Shown here in pieces: positions 1 to 9,795 of a stretch of DNA of 64,000 nt. Position numbers and translations under genes: made by a program. The DNA lies in contig OZ250165.1 in NCBI GenBank assembly GCA_965238005.1, forward strand, positions 2,720,001 to 2,784,000, given 5' to 3'. Positions within the stretch are counted from its first letter, which is position 1. Each line of letters opens with the position of its first letter. The notes under the pieces were generated by a model, which saw nothing but the letters and a program-made list of their open reading frames with translations, had not been told where the DNA came from and ran no database searches. Source of the stretch: Longimicrobiales bacterium. GTDB lineage: Bacteria > Gemmatimonadota > Gemmatimonadetes > Longimicrobiales > Gaopeijiaceae.

Positions 1-1400
1 ATCGGAGGTGATCTCCACGCCGGTGACCGCGGTCGCGACTAGGACGTTGTTGGTGACGGAATTGTTGCTGGAGAACGCATTGCCATTGCCGACGGCGTCC
101 CTGACCGTGTTTAAGCTCAAGCTTACGGTGACCGTCTGACCATGCCCCAGGGCGGTCCTGAGAGTCAGCACGACGGTCGCACCGCTGACAGTCGCTCCGG
201 AGACGCTGGACTGCCTGTTGTTCACTAAAATCTGTGAGTGGTCGACGCTGCTGAGGGTCTCGCTGAAGGTGGCGGTGATGGTCGTGCCGTCCGTCGAGGT
301 TTCGGCGCTGACGAAGGTCGGCCGCACGCCGTCCACCTTGTGGTCGGCATCGGCCGCCACCGCGGCATGGGTCAGGACGGCGTCCGTGGTCCCCGCCTTG
401 ATCGTGCCGCCGTTCAGGGCCAGCTGGTTCGCCGCGATCGCGATGCCGTCGGTGTCCGCATCGTTCGCCGCCACCGTGTAGGCGAACACCAGTTGCGTCG
501 CCGTCGAGTCCGTGGCGCTGTAGTCGGCGGTCTTGTCCGTCCCGCCGACGTCCAGGGTGAGCTGCGGGGTGCCGGTCACCGTCACGTCCGCGCTGAAGGT
601 CACCGTCGCCTGGATCGCGTCGCCGATGGCGTAGGTGGCGTCGTCGCCGTCACGGTCGTCATCGTTGGGATCGGAGGTGATCTCCACCGAGGTGACCGTC
701 GGGGCCGTGGTGGTGTCGGCCTTCTCGGTGCCCTTGACGACGATGACCAGACTGCCGGTAGTCTCCCTGCCGCCCCACGACTGCGTTTCCAAGCCCCTCT
801 GAATCCGACCGTCTCCGATGCTCCAGCCGGTCTCGCCCGTCTGGCCATTGCCGCTGGCTCGCCTAAGGCCTGTCCGACTCGATATTCCCTCGCCTACGGA
901 GATCCAGTAGGTCGTGGTGGCATCGAGGGTGGTGTTGGCCGGCGCGGTAAAAGTGTTGAGGTGGTGGTCAAGGTGGCCGGGTTGGTGAGGGTCGCCACCA
1001 AGTCACCCGGCTGGTTGCTGGCGTTGTTCTCCCGGATCGTCACGGATGTCGAGGTGCCTGCGGGGACGCTACTTATACTGACCTGAACCTCCGAAAGCGT
1101 GAAGCCCGTGTTGCCGGTGGTGTTGGCGCCGGTGGTGAAGTCCTGGGCCTGAAAGTTACCGTTCGAGCTAGGCGACACGGTCTCGCCGGTGTTGCTGACG
1201 AAGGTGGTCTGCGCCTCGACCGGCGCCACGCCGGCAAGGAGGGTCAGGACGACAAGGAGGGGAACGAAGGCGAGCCCGGCCGCGGCGCGGCGCCGGCCGC
1301 GCGCGGGACCCGCCTTGAGGGCAGGGCGTCGCGTGTCCTGAGCAGGTGCGGGTCCGCCCGCGAGGGACGCGGGCGAGTCAGGCGCCCGGCCTGACCGGGT
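1..1400 (-). pseudogene. 5' part of a large secreted surface/adhesin protein (signal peptide ending VEAQ, N-terminal beta-sandwich, Ig-like repeats); apparent frameshifts near 950 and 770; runs off the window
   Basis: Minus-strand translation gives LAFVPLLVVLTLLAGVAPVEAQ-TTFVSNTGET...AQDFTTG, then APTVTSVEITSDP...YAIGDAIQATVTFSADVTVTGTPQLTLDVGG in another frame. The start is uncertain and the frameshifts could be sequencing errors. Confidence 0.7.
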
Positions 1401-1592
1401 TGCGCTCAGCCGAGGCCTGACGCGCCCCGGTGAAACCGTGCGTGCGGGTAGGCTTAGGTCAGAGGTGGCTCTTGGCTCTTATAATGGTGGATCACTTCGC
1501 CTCCCGATTTGTCAACCCCTAATTCGATGTATTCTACTCCGTGTTCCGAGGGCCGAGCAAGTGGTAACCCCACTCAGCCTGGAACGAGCGGT

Positions 1593-2043
1593 GACTCCAA
1601 GCTCCCTCTCGGACCTACGCTGGGAGTGCTCGTCGAAGCTATGGACGGCCGAATCGGATTCTGGCCTCATCGAAGCCTACGACCGGGTTCACCGCAATGG
1701 GTCTGGTCCGGGAGCAAGTTGCCCTTGGACTCTTTCCCAGGGGGGAGAGACGAGCTGACGACGAAGCGGCGAGGGGCTATTCCACTGCGGCACCACCCGG
1801 CAAACGGTGCGCCTCTCCGGGGCGCACTTCCGGTGACCTGCCTGCCTGTCATGCCACGACTGGGATGTGCAAGACACGTCGGGGGTCGATACACAGATTG
1901 CCCCGGCAGCGATTCACACGGGCGCGGCTCTTCATGCGATTGTAGCTAATGCAGTTACGCCTTGTGCTGGCCGGTCGGCGCGGCAAACCGGGCAGCACCG
2001 AGGTTGACGGGAGGCGACCCCCCGATCTGACGATCCGGTACGG
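1593..2043 (+). repeat. ~450-bp non-coding dispersed repeat, copy 1 (inverted copy at 36141-36584)
   Basis: Blocks such as gaatcggattctggcctcatcgaagcctacgaccgggttcaccgc and tgtagctaatgcagttacgcc recur as reverse complements. Confidence 0.85.
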
Positions 2044-2143
2044 GGGTTCGGGGGGCATCCCCCGCCCGCGAACTCCGCCGGAGCGCGGGCCTCCTGGGGG
2101 ATCGAAGGGGGAGCGTGGAGCATCCCCTCGCCAGATCGCAATG

Positions 2144-2860
2144 GTAGAGTCGAGGGCTGGCGCGCCGACGGTAGGGTCCGGTGGCTATTCCGTCGCTTTC
2201 GCTCCGGGCCTCAGACCGGCTCCCATAGTCACGTTTCCAGTCCCCGCTCATCGGTAGGGTCGGGAGCTGGCGCGCCGACGGTAGGGTCCGGTGGCTGTCC
2301 CATCGCTTTCGCTCTGGCCCTCAGTCCGGCTCCCGTGACCACGTTTCCAGCTCCCGCCTCGTCAAACGCAGCATGCGGTTTTCCCGCACTACGCTTTCCT
2401 GTTGCCTTCATCCCATGGGTTATGGGGCCTACTGAGCCGGGAGCGCTTTCGGCGACAGATAGCGAACCCGGTACTGTGAGAACAATCCGAGCCGCTCATA
2501 TAGCCATCGCCTACTCCACCTCTTCCAGCCAAATCCCCGACGTCCGCGCTGTTGCATCAGATGTCGCCGTATCTTCTTCTCGACCCAATCCTTGACCTGA
2601 CCGAAACATCTGCTCGCATGCCCTACGCAAAAATAGTTCACCCATCCACGCAGGATCGGGTTGATCAGGTCCACGACCTGCTCCACCGGTTGCGAGCGAT
2701 AACGTCGGAACACTTCCTTGAGTCGGCGCAGGAGTTTGGTGCGTGCCTTCATTGTCGGCACACACCTCACCCCCCACTTGCCCCGCCGCGTTTTCGCACG
2801 GCGGATCTCAAACCCCAGAAAACGGAAACTCTCGCCATTGGCAAGATCAACAGCGACACT
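2144..2860 (-). mobile_element. Group II intron 3' remnant: RT C-terminus/maturase fragment, domain V and two tandem domain VI ends
   Basis: Protein FRFLGF...INPILRGWVNYF...WLYERLGL; DV aagcgtagtgcgggaaaaccgcatgctgcgtttgacgag; 3' ends cccgaccctac (2254) and ctcgactctac (2144). Confidence 0.9.
2429..2850 (-). pseudogene. Group II intron reverse transcriptase/maturase, C-terminal fragment (frameshift near 2770)
   Basis: Maturase-domain motif NPILRGWVNYF; the RT core is missing. Confidence 0.9.
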
Positions 2861-2896
2861 GCAACTAGGAGCGTCCTACATAACCCACTGCGGTAG

Positions 2897-2963
2897 CTAT
2901 AGTTAGATAATCTTACCAGACACATATGGATTGTATTGGAATCTGTGTGTAGCAGACGGTTGG
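2897..2963 (+). mobile_element. Orphan integrase-proximal end of an E1-family element; core CGGTTGG at 2957-2963, abutting a ~50-bp virB4 fragment
   Basis: ttaccagacacatatggattgtattggaat matches the E1 right end (about 14125-14155) with the same 14-nt distance to the core; the adjoining minus-strand LLGPAEASRLLSELTNR continues at 59104 as ELINRPGTIW. Confidence 0.75.
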
Positions 2964-3215
2964 TCAGCTCGGAGAGGAGCCGGGAAGCCTCGGCGGGCCC
3001 CAGCAGGTAGGTCGGCGCACTCGCTTGACGGCGGCGGCGCCACCGTAAGGGGGGGTGGATGCCCCATCTGACGGTACGCGAGGCAGTCGAATAGTTGAAG
3101 GTCAGGGAGCGATTCATCGTCTGCTCGCCAAGGCAGACATTCCCGGCATTCAAGGTCGGCTACTTCGGGGATTCGGAAACGGTGAGATCGACCGATTGGA
3201 CGGACTCGCACCGTA

Positions 3216-3320
3216 GTGAAGAAGCTCCGCCCGAAGCTCGGCGACGACGCGGCCAGACCGGGCCTACGTCTTCAACGAGCGCGGGGTCGGCTACCGGATG
3301 GCGAGGCCGGACGGGGCGTA
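3216..3320 (+). pseudogene. C-terminal fragment of an OmpR/KdpE-type winged-helix response regulator
   Basis: VKKLRPKLGDDAARP / YVFNERGVGYRM, with a frameshift. Confidence 0.6.
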
Positions 3321-3348
3321 CCGGACGGGGCGTACCGGACGGGGCGTA
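3307..3348. repeat. 14-bp tandem repeat x3 (ccggacggggcgta)
   Basis: Three perfect units read directly. Confidence 0.95.
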
Positions 3349-3590
3349 CTCCGTCACTGGCGGTCCGGGGGCCCGCACAGCCCGCCTCGCGGATCTGCGT
3401 CACCCCCGGGCCCTGGCGGCGCCCCGCCCCGGACTGCCACGCGGCGCAGGCGCCGAGACAGCTCGAGGGAATATCCGCCGAGATCGCTCTGGGATCCGTA
3501 CCGCCGGCTTCCCCCACCAAATCCTTCACCAGATACGCGTAGCGCGCCCGGGACGCAGACCTGTGACGTTCCCCGGACAGGTTGCTGGGT

Positions 3591-3905
3591 TCAGTCCCAG
3601 TCGCCTTCGGCGTCCCTCTTGAGCGCGCGGGCGAGCTCGGGATCGCCCTCACCGCGGCGGACCGAGCGCTCGACGAGGTCGACGCGGCGCCCGAGGTCGG
3701 CGAGTCCGGCAGCGCGCGCGACGCCGTAGATGGCGGCCGCAACGGCTGCAAGCCCCAGCGCCACGTGGAAAGCGATCGCAAGGCCGTGGTCCGCGAGAAT
3801 CACGGGCCAGAACGACGCGAGATACTGGAGGCGGGACCCGGCGAGGAGGAAGGCGGAGCCGACAAGTGCTGCGCTGAGCCCTACGCTGATTCTCCAGGGT
3901 TGCAT
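3591..3905 (-). CDS. Small membrane protein of the ICE backbone (paralog at 52536-52850)
   Basis: 104 aa with two hydrophobic segments; full-length conserved paralog. Confidence 0.8.
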   Translation of the reverse strand: MQPWRISVGLSAALVGSAFLLAGSRLQYLASFWPVILADHGLAIAFHVALGLAAVAAAIYGVARAAGLADLGRRVDLVERSVRRGEGDPELARALKRDAEGDWD

Positions 3906-4744
3906 GGCGGTGTGCTAGAGCTCGAGCGTGGCCGGGTCCCGCTCGGCGGGACCTCGTATGGAGCTGCGGTCGCCGTCTTGGCCCAGTGCTTGAAGCACCC
4001 GTGCGCGGCCAGCGGCTCCGTTGGCATGGACGACGAACCCGGCGTTGGCCTTGGCTCGGATGGAGGGGGCCCGGTAGTTACCCGAAGCGACCTCAATGTT
4101 GACACGTCCGGTCCGCCCGTCGGCGTCGACGCACTCGATCTGGGCGTCCGGATAGAGCACGCGGCCCCGGGCATCTATGGGTAGGCCGAGTTCGTGGGCG
4201 GCGCGGTGCCGCTCGGCGTCGGCGGCCCGCCGGCCGTCTCTCGCCCGCGCGGACTCGCTCTTGCGTGCTACGGCGCTCTTGAGCTCGCCGTCGAGCCGGA
4301 CGCGCCGGATGGCGGCGCCCTGCGTGAGCAGGCGTTGGTGCTCCAGCCGGCAAGCGCGATAAATGGCAGTGTCGTGTGCGGCTTCGGCGGGCCGGGTACG
4401 TGCGAACCCGATCTCCTGACCGGGATCCAGCCCTCGCGCGGAGGCCAGCTCGCGTGCGGCGGCGCCGCCGCTCCGTGTGAGGGTCAGGACCTTGAACGGC
4501 CTTCCCTTTGGTCCCTTGGCCGTGGACTCCTTGACGAGCCCTTCGCGGATCCAGGCGTTCACGGCCCGCCGCGTGGTGTAGGGATGCCCGCCGAAGTGAG
4601 CCTCGGCGAGATCGCGGTACGAGACGGCGCCGTAGATGCCGATGTCGGCGAGCGCCCCACGGCACCGTTCTCTGAAGGAGGTGGACCCGCGGTCCCGGCT
4701 CGCGTCGTATTCTCGGCGATGGCCGTCCCGCATGCGGTAGCTAG

Positions 4745-6345
4745 GAGTCTGCGCCGCAGAACCCTGCGGCGGCTATCTTTGGTGGTAGCGAAGGCATTGG
4801 GAAGGCTTGCGGATCACCGAGGGGGGTGAATGGGAACGACATTTCGACCGTACGATCCGGAGCAGATGTTGTTGCTGCCTCCGGATCTTCGGGAGTGGGT
4901 GTCGGAGGGTCATTTGGCGCACCATGTGAGCGACCTGGTGGACGCGGTGGAGCTGAGCGCGTTCTACGGGCGGTACCGGGGGGACGGGCGGCGCAACTCG
5001 CCGTACGACCCTCGGATGATGGTCAAGGTGCTGATCTACGCGTATGCGACGGGCACCTTCTCGTCGCGGAAGATGGCGAGGAAGCTGGAGGAGGATGTCG
5101 CGTTTCGGATGCTGGCGGCGGAGAACTTCCCGAAGCACCGGACGCTGTGCGAGTTCCGCAAGCGCCATCTCGGGGATTTCCGGGCGGTGTTTGTGGAGGT
5201 GGTGATGCTCGCGCGGGCCTTGGGGCTGGCGGGGCTTGGCAGGGTGTCGGTGGACGGGACGAAGGTTCGGGCGAACGCGAACAAGCGCAAGGCGATGAGC
5301 TACGGCCGGATGGTGACCGGGGAGCCTCGGCTGGAGGCGGAGATCCGGGGGCTGTTGGAGAGGGCCGAGGCGGTGGACGAAGCGGAAGACGAGCGCTACG
5401 GCGAGGAAGCATGCGGAGACGAGGTGCCGGAGGAGCTCAAGCGGCGCGAGGACCGGCTGGCGGCGATCCGGGAGGCGAAGGCGCGCCTGGAAGCCGAGCA
5501 GAGAGCGGCGGACGACGCACGGGGCCGCAAGCCGGGGCAGACGCGCAACCCGAAGGGCGGCAGGCCCTACAAGCGGGAGTACGGAGAGCCGGACGAGGCG
5601 GCGCAGAGCAACTTCACGGACCCTGAGAGCCGGATCATGAAGACGAGTTCGGAGGGGTTCCAGCAGTGCTACAACGCACAGACGGTCGTGGAGGGGGAGA
5701 ACCAGCTGGTGGTCGGGGCCGAGGTGACGGACAACGCGAGCGACCAGGGCCAGCTGGTGCCCATGGTCGACGCGGTGGCGCAAGCGTACGGCGAGACGCC
5801 GGCGCAGGTGCTGGCGGACACGGGCTATTGCAACGAGCGGGATCTCGAGGAACTGGAAGAGCGAGACATCGACGGGTATGTGGCGCTGGCCCGGGAGGGC
5901 AAGGCCGCCCCCACGGTTGACAAGGAGGAATATCCGGCGAAAGTCCGCATGGCGGAGAAGCTGGCGAGCGAAGATGGCCGCAGACGCTACGCACGGCGAA
6001 AGTCGCAGGCCGAGGCGCCCATCGGCTGGATCAAGGAAGTGATGGGCTTTCGACGATTCAGCTACCGGGGCCTCGAGAAGGTCCGGGCCGAGTGGACCCT
6101 CGTGTGCCTGGCACTCAATGTGAAGCGGCTGCACACCCTTCAGGCGGCATGACTGCACGAGGGTTCACCCGCATCTGCCGGCGCGAGGGCTCTCGTAGCT
6201 CTCTTGCCCCCCCAACGCATCCATTCCGCTCTCCCGATCCGTCGCAGACACAAGTCCTCAACCTCCCAATCACCCGGATCCGCCTCGCCGCGGACGGCTC
6301 GATGACCATTCGGCTCAGTCAGCTGTGCTTCTGCGGCGCAGACTC
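4745..6345 (+). mobile_element. Complete IS1182-family element with 17-bp terminal inverted repeats and a CTAG target duplication
   Basis: gagtctgcgccgcagaa (4745-4761) / ttctgcggcgcagactc (6329-6345); CTAG at 4741-4744 and 6346-6349; the empty site matches the paralog near 51685-51710. Confidence 0.95.
4830..6152 (+). CDS. IS1182-family DDE transposase
   Basis: LLLPPDLREWV..H, YDPRMMVKVLIYAY, VDGTKVRANA, NFTDPESRIM, ADTGY, GFRRFSYRG. Confidence 0.95.
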   Translation: MGTTFRPYDPEQMLLLPPDLREWVSEGHLAHHVSDLVDAVELSAFYGRYRGDGRRNSPYDPRMMVKVLIYAYATGTFSSRKMARKLEEDVAFRMLAAENFPKHRTLCEFRKRHLGDFRAVFVEVVMLARALGLAGLGRVSVDGTKVRANANKRKAMSYGRMVTGEPRLEAEIRGLLERAEAVDEAEDERYGEEACGDEVPEELKRREDRLAAIREAKARLEAEQRAADDARGRKPGQTRNPKGGRPYKREYGEPDEAAQSNFTDPESRIMKTSSEGFQQCYNAQTVVEGENQLVVGAEVTDNASDQGQLVPMVDAVAQAYGETPAQVLADTGYCNERDLEELEERDIDGYVALAREGKAAPTVDKEEYPAKVRMAEKLASEDGRRRYARRKSQAEAPIGWIKEVMGFRRFSYRGLEKVRAEWTLVCLALNVKRLHTLQAA

Positions 6346-6425
6346 CTAGCGCGGTTTTGCGGCGCGGCGGGCCGCGGGTCCGATCCGATCGTGCGGTCGA
6401 GCATCTGTCGACTCCTTCTTTGGCG

Positions 6426-7454
6426 TCAGCGGCCCGGACCGAAGTTCCGTTTGGGGAGCGGCAGCGGGAGCTCCGGCCTTGCGGCGTGCTGCGGGTCGGG
6501 AGCCCGAGTGGCGGCCACCGGAGTGGGCTCCCGCTCGGCCTGGCGCTCGCGGCTCCGGGCCAGCACGAAGTCGGAGATCTTCTGTGCGTCGGCCGCGGCG
6601 CGGCGGATCTCCCTTGGGTCTTCCTCGAGGGCAGTGACCCACCCCTCGACGTAGGCGGCCCCTCGGCTCGGGTCATGGCCGACGCCCACGCGCTCGCCGG
6701 TCATCATTGCGCTGATCTCCGCGCGGAGCTCCTCCTTCGCATAGGCCGGTGAGCCGAACCCTTCGCCGATCCCTTGGGTGAGCGTGGCGCGGTTCATCCG
6801 CTCGGGATGGCCCGTGCTGTGCCCCAGCTCGTGCAGCGCGGTCTGGTAGTAGTGGTTCGCCGAGGGGAACTGTCCCCTCTCCGGAAGCACGATCTCGTCG
6901 CGGTTCAGGTTGTAGAACGCCCGGTCGCCGGCCATGTGACGGACGGGGACCCCGCTGTCCTCGAGGACGCGTTCGGCCTGCTGGTGGACCTTCCAGAGCG
7001 GCTCGGCAGCGGGCGCGGGCCGCGCGGGCAACCCGTCGGCCTGCTCGGCGTTGAAGACGGTGTACTGCCGGACGACGGGCGCGCGCATCCGCTCGTATCG
7101 GTAGACGCGCTTGCCTTCGTTGTCCGTGACGGGCCGTCCGCGCTCGTCGTTGACGGCGATCTTCCGGTGGTCCTGGAAGGAGAGGATGCGGGTGCCCTGC
7201 TCGCCCTTCCGCACCTGTCCGCCCCGGGCTTGGATCTGGCGGTAGGTTCCCCAGCGCACGTCGCCGTAGCCGCGCTCCTGCTGGACGGCGGCAAGGTGCA
7301 GGCTGTTCCCTCCCGAGTAGGAGCGTCCGGTATCGACGTTCGCGGGAAGCACGCGCTCGCCCGGCCCCCAGGGCTTCTGCCAGGGCGCCGTGCCCTGGCG
7401 GATCTGCTCGATGACCCGGTCGGCGAACTGGCGGTGGTATTCGTCGTGTTTCAT
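6426..7454 (-). CDS. ardC: ArdC-family ssDNA-binding antirestriction protein with zincin-like C-terminal domain
   Basis: APWQKPW, YSGGN, WGTYRQIQARGGQVRKGE, VFNAEQ, HELGHSTGH, YAKEELRAEI. Confidence 0.92.
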   Translation of the reverse strand: MKHDEYHRQFADRVIEQIRQGTAPWQKPWGPGERVLPANVDTGRSYSGGNSLHLAAVQQERGYGDVRWGTYRQIQARGGQVRKGEQGTRILSFQDHRKIAVNDERGRPVTDNEGKRVYRYERMRAPVVRQYTVFNAEQADGLPARPAPAAEPLWKVHQQAERVLEDSGVPVRHMAGDRAFYNLNRDEIVLPERGQFPSANHYYQTALHELGHSTGHPERMNRATLTQGIGEGFGSPAYAKEELRAEISAMMTGERVGVGHDPSRGAAYVEGWVTALEEDPREIRRAAADAQKISDFVLARSRERQAEREPTPVAATRAPDPQHAARPELPLPLPKRNFGPGR

Positions 7455-7681
7455 CGGTCTTCCTCCTCCCGGCCGTGCGGATCCTCCGAGGCGTCCCGGA
7501 TCTCGTCTTCGGTGCCCACGTCCTCGGGGAAGAGGCCGTACTCTTCTGCCAATGAGGCCGGGACCTGGAGGGTCTCGCCCCCGTCCCGTCCGAGCTCGCG
7601 GTCGAAGTCGTCGAGCGTCTCGACGCGGACGATCTTCTCGTCGCTTTCCATGTCCTCACTCCTTTTCTGTTTGTTCTTCAT
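7451..7681 (-). CDS. Small acidic hypothetical protein
   Basis: Lies between virB11 and ardC; its stop overlaps the ardC start (ATGA). Confidence 0.6.
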   Translation of the reverse strand: MKNKQKRSEDMESDEKIVRVETLDDFDRELGRDGGETLQVPASLAEEYGLFPEDVGTEDEIRDASEDPHGREEEDR

Positions 7682-7925
7682 CGTCCTTCCTCCAGACGGG
7701 TTCGGTGAGCCAGCGGTTGGCGGCCGCCTCGTAGCCCTTCACACGGAGCGCTTCCTCGACGAACCTCCGGCCCCCTCGCCGGGTCATGTGGACAACGAGC
7801 GAGATGCCGTCGACGACGCCCCTGCAGGTCACCTCCCAGGGGAGCGCGCCTCCGGCCTGCATGGCGCAACTCGCCAGGCGCGAGAGCGCGGAGCGGGCGT
7901 TGTTGGCGTGCACGGTGGTGAGCGA
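7656..7925 (-). CDS. virB11: VirB11/CpaF-family secretion ATPase, C-terminal part (split by E1)
   Basis: SLTTVHANNARSALSRL continues NTGHGGSL of the 14169-14889 part. Confidence 0.9.
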   Translation of the reverse strand, partial: SLTTVHANNARSALSRLASCAMQAGGALPWEVTCRGVVDGISLVVHMTRRGGRRFVEEALRVKGYEAAANRWLTEPVWRKDDEEQTEKE

Positions 7926-8425
7926 GCAGCTATCAACGATGTGCTTTAATCGTCGTAACTATATGATATATAGTTAGTTACAGATGAAGTAGTTTTTGGT
8001 ACGACTCGTTTCTATCGTATGTGATCCCGTATAAGCGGCGGGCGATTACACGGGAGCGTACGGTACGTTCGCGGAACCCGTGACGGGTTCTGCCTTCGGC
8101 GTCGCGCGGGGCTGAGGAAGACCCGGCAGGTGACGACGTGGCGATCCCGAAAACTGGAATCTCGTCGCGACGGCGGGGGCGTTCGGGCACATGCTGGCGA
8201 CGCGCGATGAGGCAGTCCCGAAGCGGGCCGGACGGTATGCGTTCGGGTCAGGGGATTATGAGGCCCTTGCGGGCAAGGTGTTTTCACAGGTCTCGCGGAG
8301 AGCGGGAAGACTCGCCAGAGGCCGAGAAGCCCTCAAGATGGGTCAGAGAAAGGGAGGGGAGGGTCCCAGGCTCCTGAGGGTCCTCCCTCCAGCTAGTGCG
8401 CTTCGGATCGCCCGCCGAACTCGAT

Positions 8426-9375
8426 CTATAGCCTGAACTTCGATTTGTGGATGTGGAACCATTCGCTAACCGCGTCGATGGCTACGCCCACCTGATCTCG
8501 CAACGTGCCAGCGCCGTCGCGAAGAGCCGCATCTGCAGCTTCCTTCGTTGCTACCACCTTCTCTACGGCAGCAGCGCGCGTGTCGTCCCCGATCGCCTGC
8601 CAGATGCGCTCACCCGAATTCCACGCGTACAAGCTTCCACCCACTCCTGCGAAACCCACCAGCACCGGAGTGCCCACAGTGACACCCAGCGCGCTCGCCG
8701 TGGCAACTACGCCGACTGTCGAACCGACGACAGCCGTGGCAATACTGACCGACCGCGCGAAATCAAGCACCGCAGTCCAAGCGCCTTTCGCCCGTTTACC
8801 ACGTGCAGCGTCTCCACAGAAGCTGAGACGGGCAATTCCACCAGGGCGCCGATTGCGCCGCCCCTCGCGAGGCTGGCCAGAATTGGGCGACGTGCAGCTC
8901 CCAAGCCCATGCGGGCGTTGTGCGTGTGCATCCGCAGCTTGTCCGGGAACCCCATGTCTCTGGGACCACGTCCTTGGTTCCATTTCGGAGGCTCAAAGAC
9001 CACGTTACCGGCGCTGGCCGCCAATTCGGGATGGCGATTCACTGATCGTATATGACTCACGTCATGGACGTCGAGAAAGCCCAGTACCGCCTTCCCACCT
9101 GCCACCCGAACACCGCCGGGAATCTTCCTATAGAGATCCTCCGCAGTTACCCGGCCGACATTTGCTCTCCAATTGACCGTCGATGCCCGCTGATTCAGCC
9201 TCGTGTGAACTTTGGGCAGGTCACTCAATCTCGCGGGAATGAGTTCGGCCCAGATTTTCTCCACCCACGGAGTCATGACTGAAGCTGCTTGCGACTGCAA
9301 ACCGACATTAGCGTGAGCTGACAGAGGTCCAGCAACTGCTAGGGTGACCAGAATGATGGTCACAAAGACCCTCAT
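8426..9375 (-). pseudogene. Secreted HNH-like protein with a hydrophobic C-terminus; apparent frameshift near 8790
   Basis: Signal peptide MRVFVTIILVTLAVAGPLSAHA; DVSHIRSV..HPELA...NVVFE...NQGRG; Gly/Ala-rich TM tail in a second frame. Confidence 0.5.
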
Positions 9376-9795
9376 GGCTCTCCTCATGCGGGAAGCGGAC
9401 GACTGCCGGAGTGCGTCATCGGTACGCAACGGCCCGAGCACGGCAGACTGACCCCGTCATCCTAAACGTAAGTCCGGACGGCCACCTGCGTCCATGTCCG
9501 TTGCGCTCCCTCAGCGGCTTTCAGAGCGGCGATCACAGGTGGCCCCGAAGGCCCCACGGGGCCGTGACCCGGGGAGTTCGTCTGTTTCACGACCGCGGCA
9601 GGGCCGAGAGGAGCCCTCAGTGGCCGTCAGAGCCGACTTCTCGGCGCCGGATGACCCACAGGGGACCCGGGGATCCACTGCGGACGGTCCTCTCACACAT
9701 TGCGGAGCGCTATCGGTACGGTTTCTTATTGAGGCTGCGCCGCTGATAATCGTCAGCCTGCGTGCAAGCCATATTGCCAAGGGGTTACCCGATAG

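Larger units (their letters stand above)
3915..6404 (-). pseudogene. Replication-relaxation/MOB_C-like relaxase candidate, interrupted near its 5' end by IS1182 (parts 6404-6346 and 4744-3915)
   Basis: N-terminal wHTH-like region and HDTAIYR...YPDAQIE...NIEVASGNY; start MLDRTIGSDPRPAAPQ at 6404 matches the intact paralog at 51639. Confidence 0.6.

Noticed and set aside
2429..2850. Retron or DGR reverse transcriptase
   Set aside because: The maturase domain and DV/DVI identify a group II intron remnant; no template/variable repeat pair was seen
3041..3215. CACCGTA direct repeat flanking about 160 bp as a mini-element
   Set aside because: No arm motifs or inverted repeats, and joining the flanks restores no gene
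4773..6158. Long antisense ORFs (also 23839-25314, 28740-30620, 54681-56255, 61526-62920)
   Set aside because: Shadow frames of real genes in high-GC DNA, with no recognisable motifs
7926..8200. Bridge-RNA-like guide matching the insertion target
   Set aside because: The only partial match (gtggcgatcc) is conserved in copies with different targets; no target-specific segment was seen by eye
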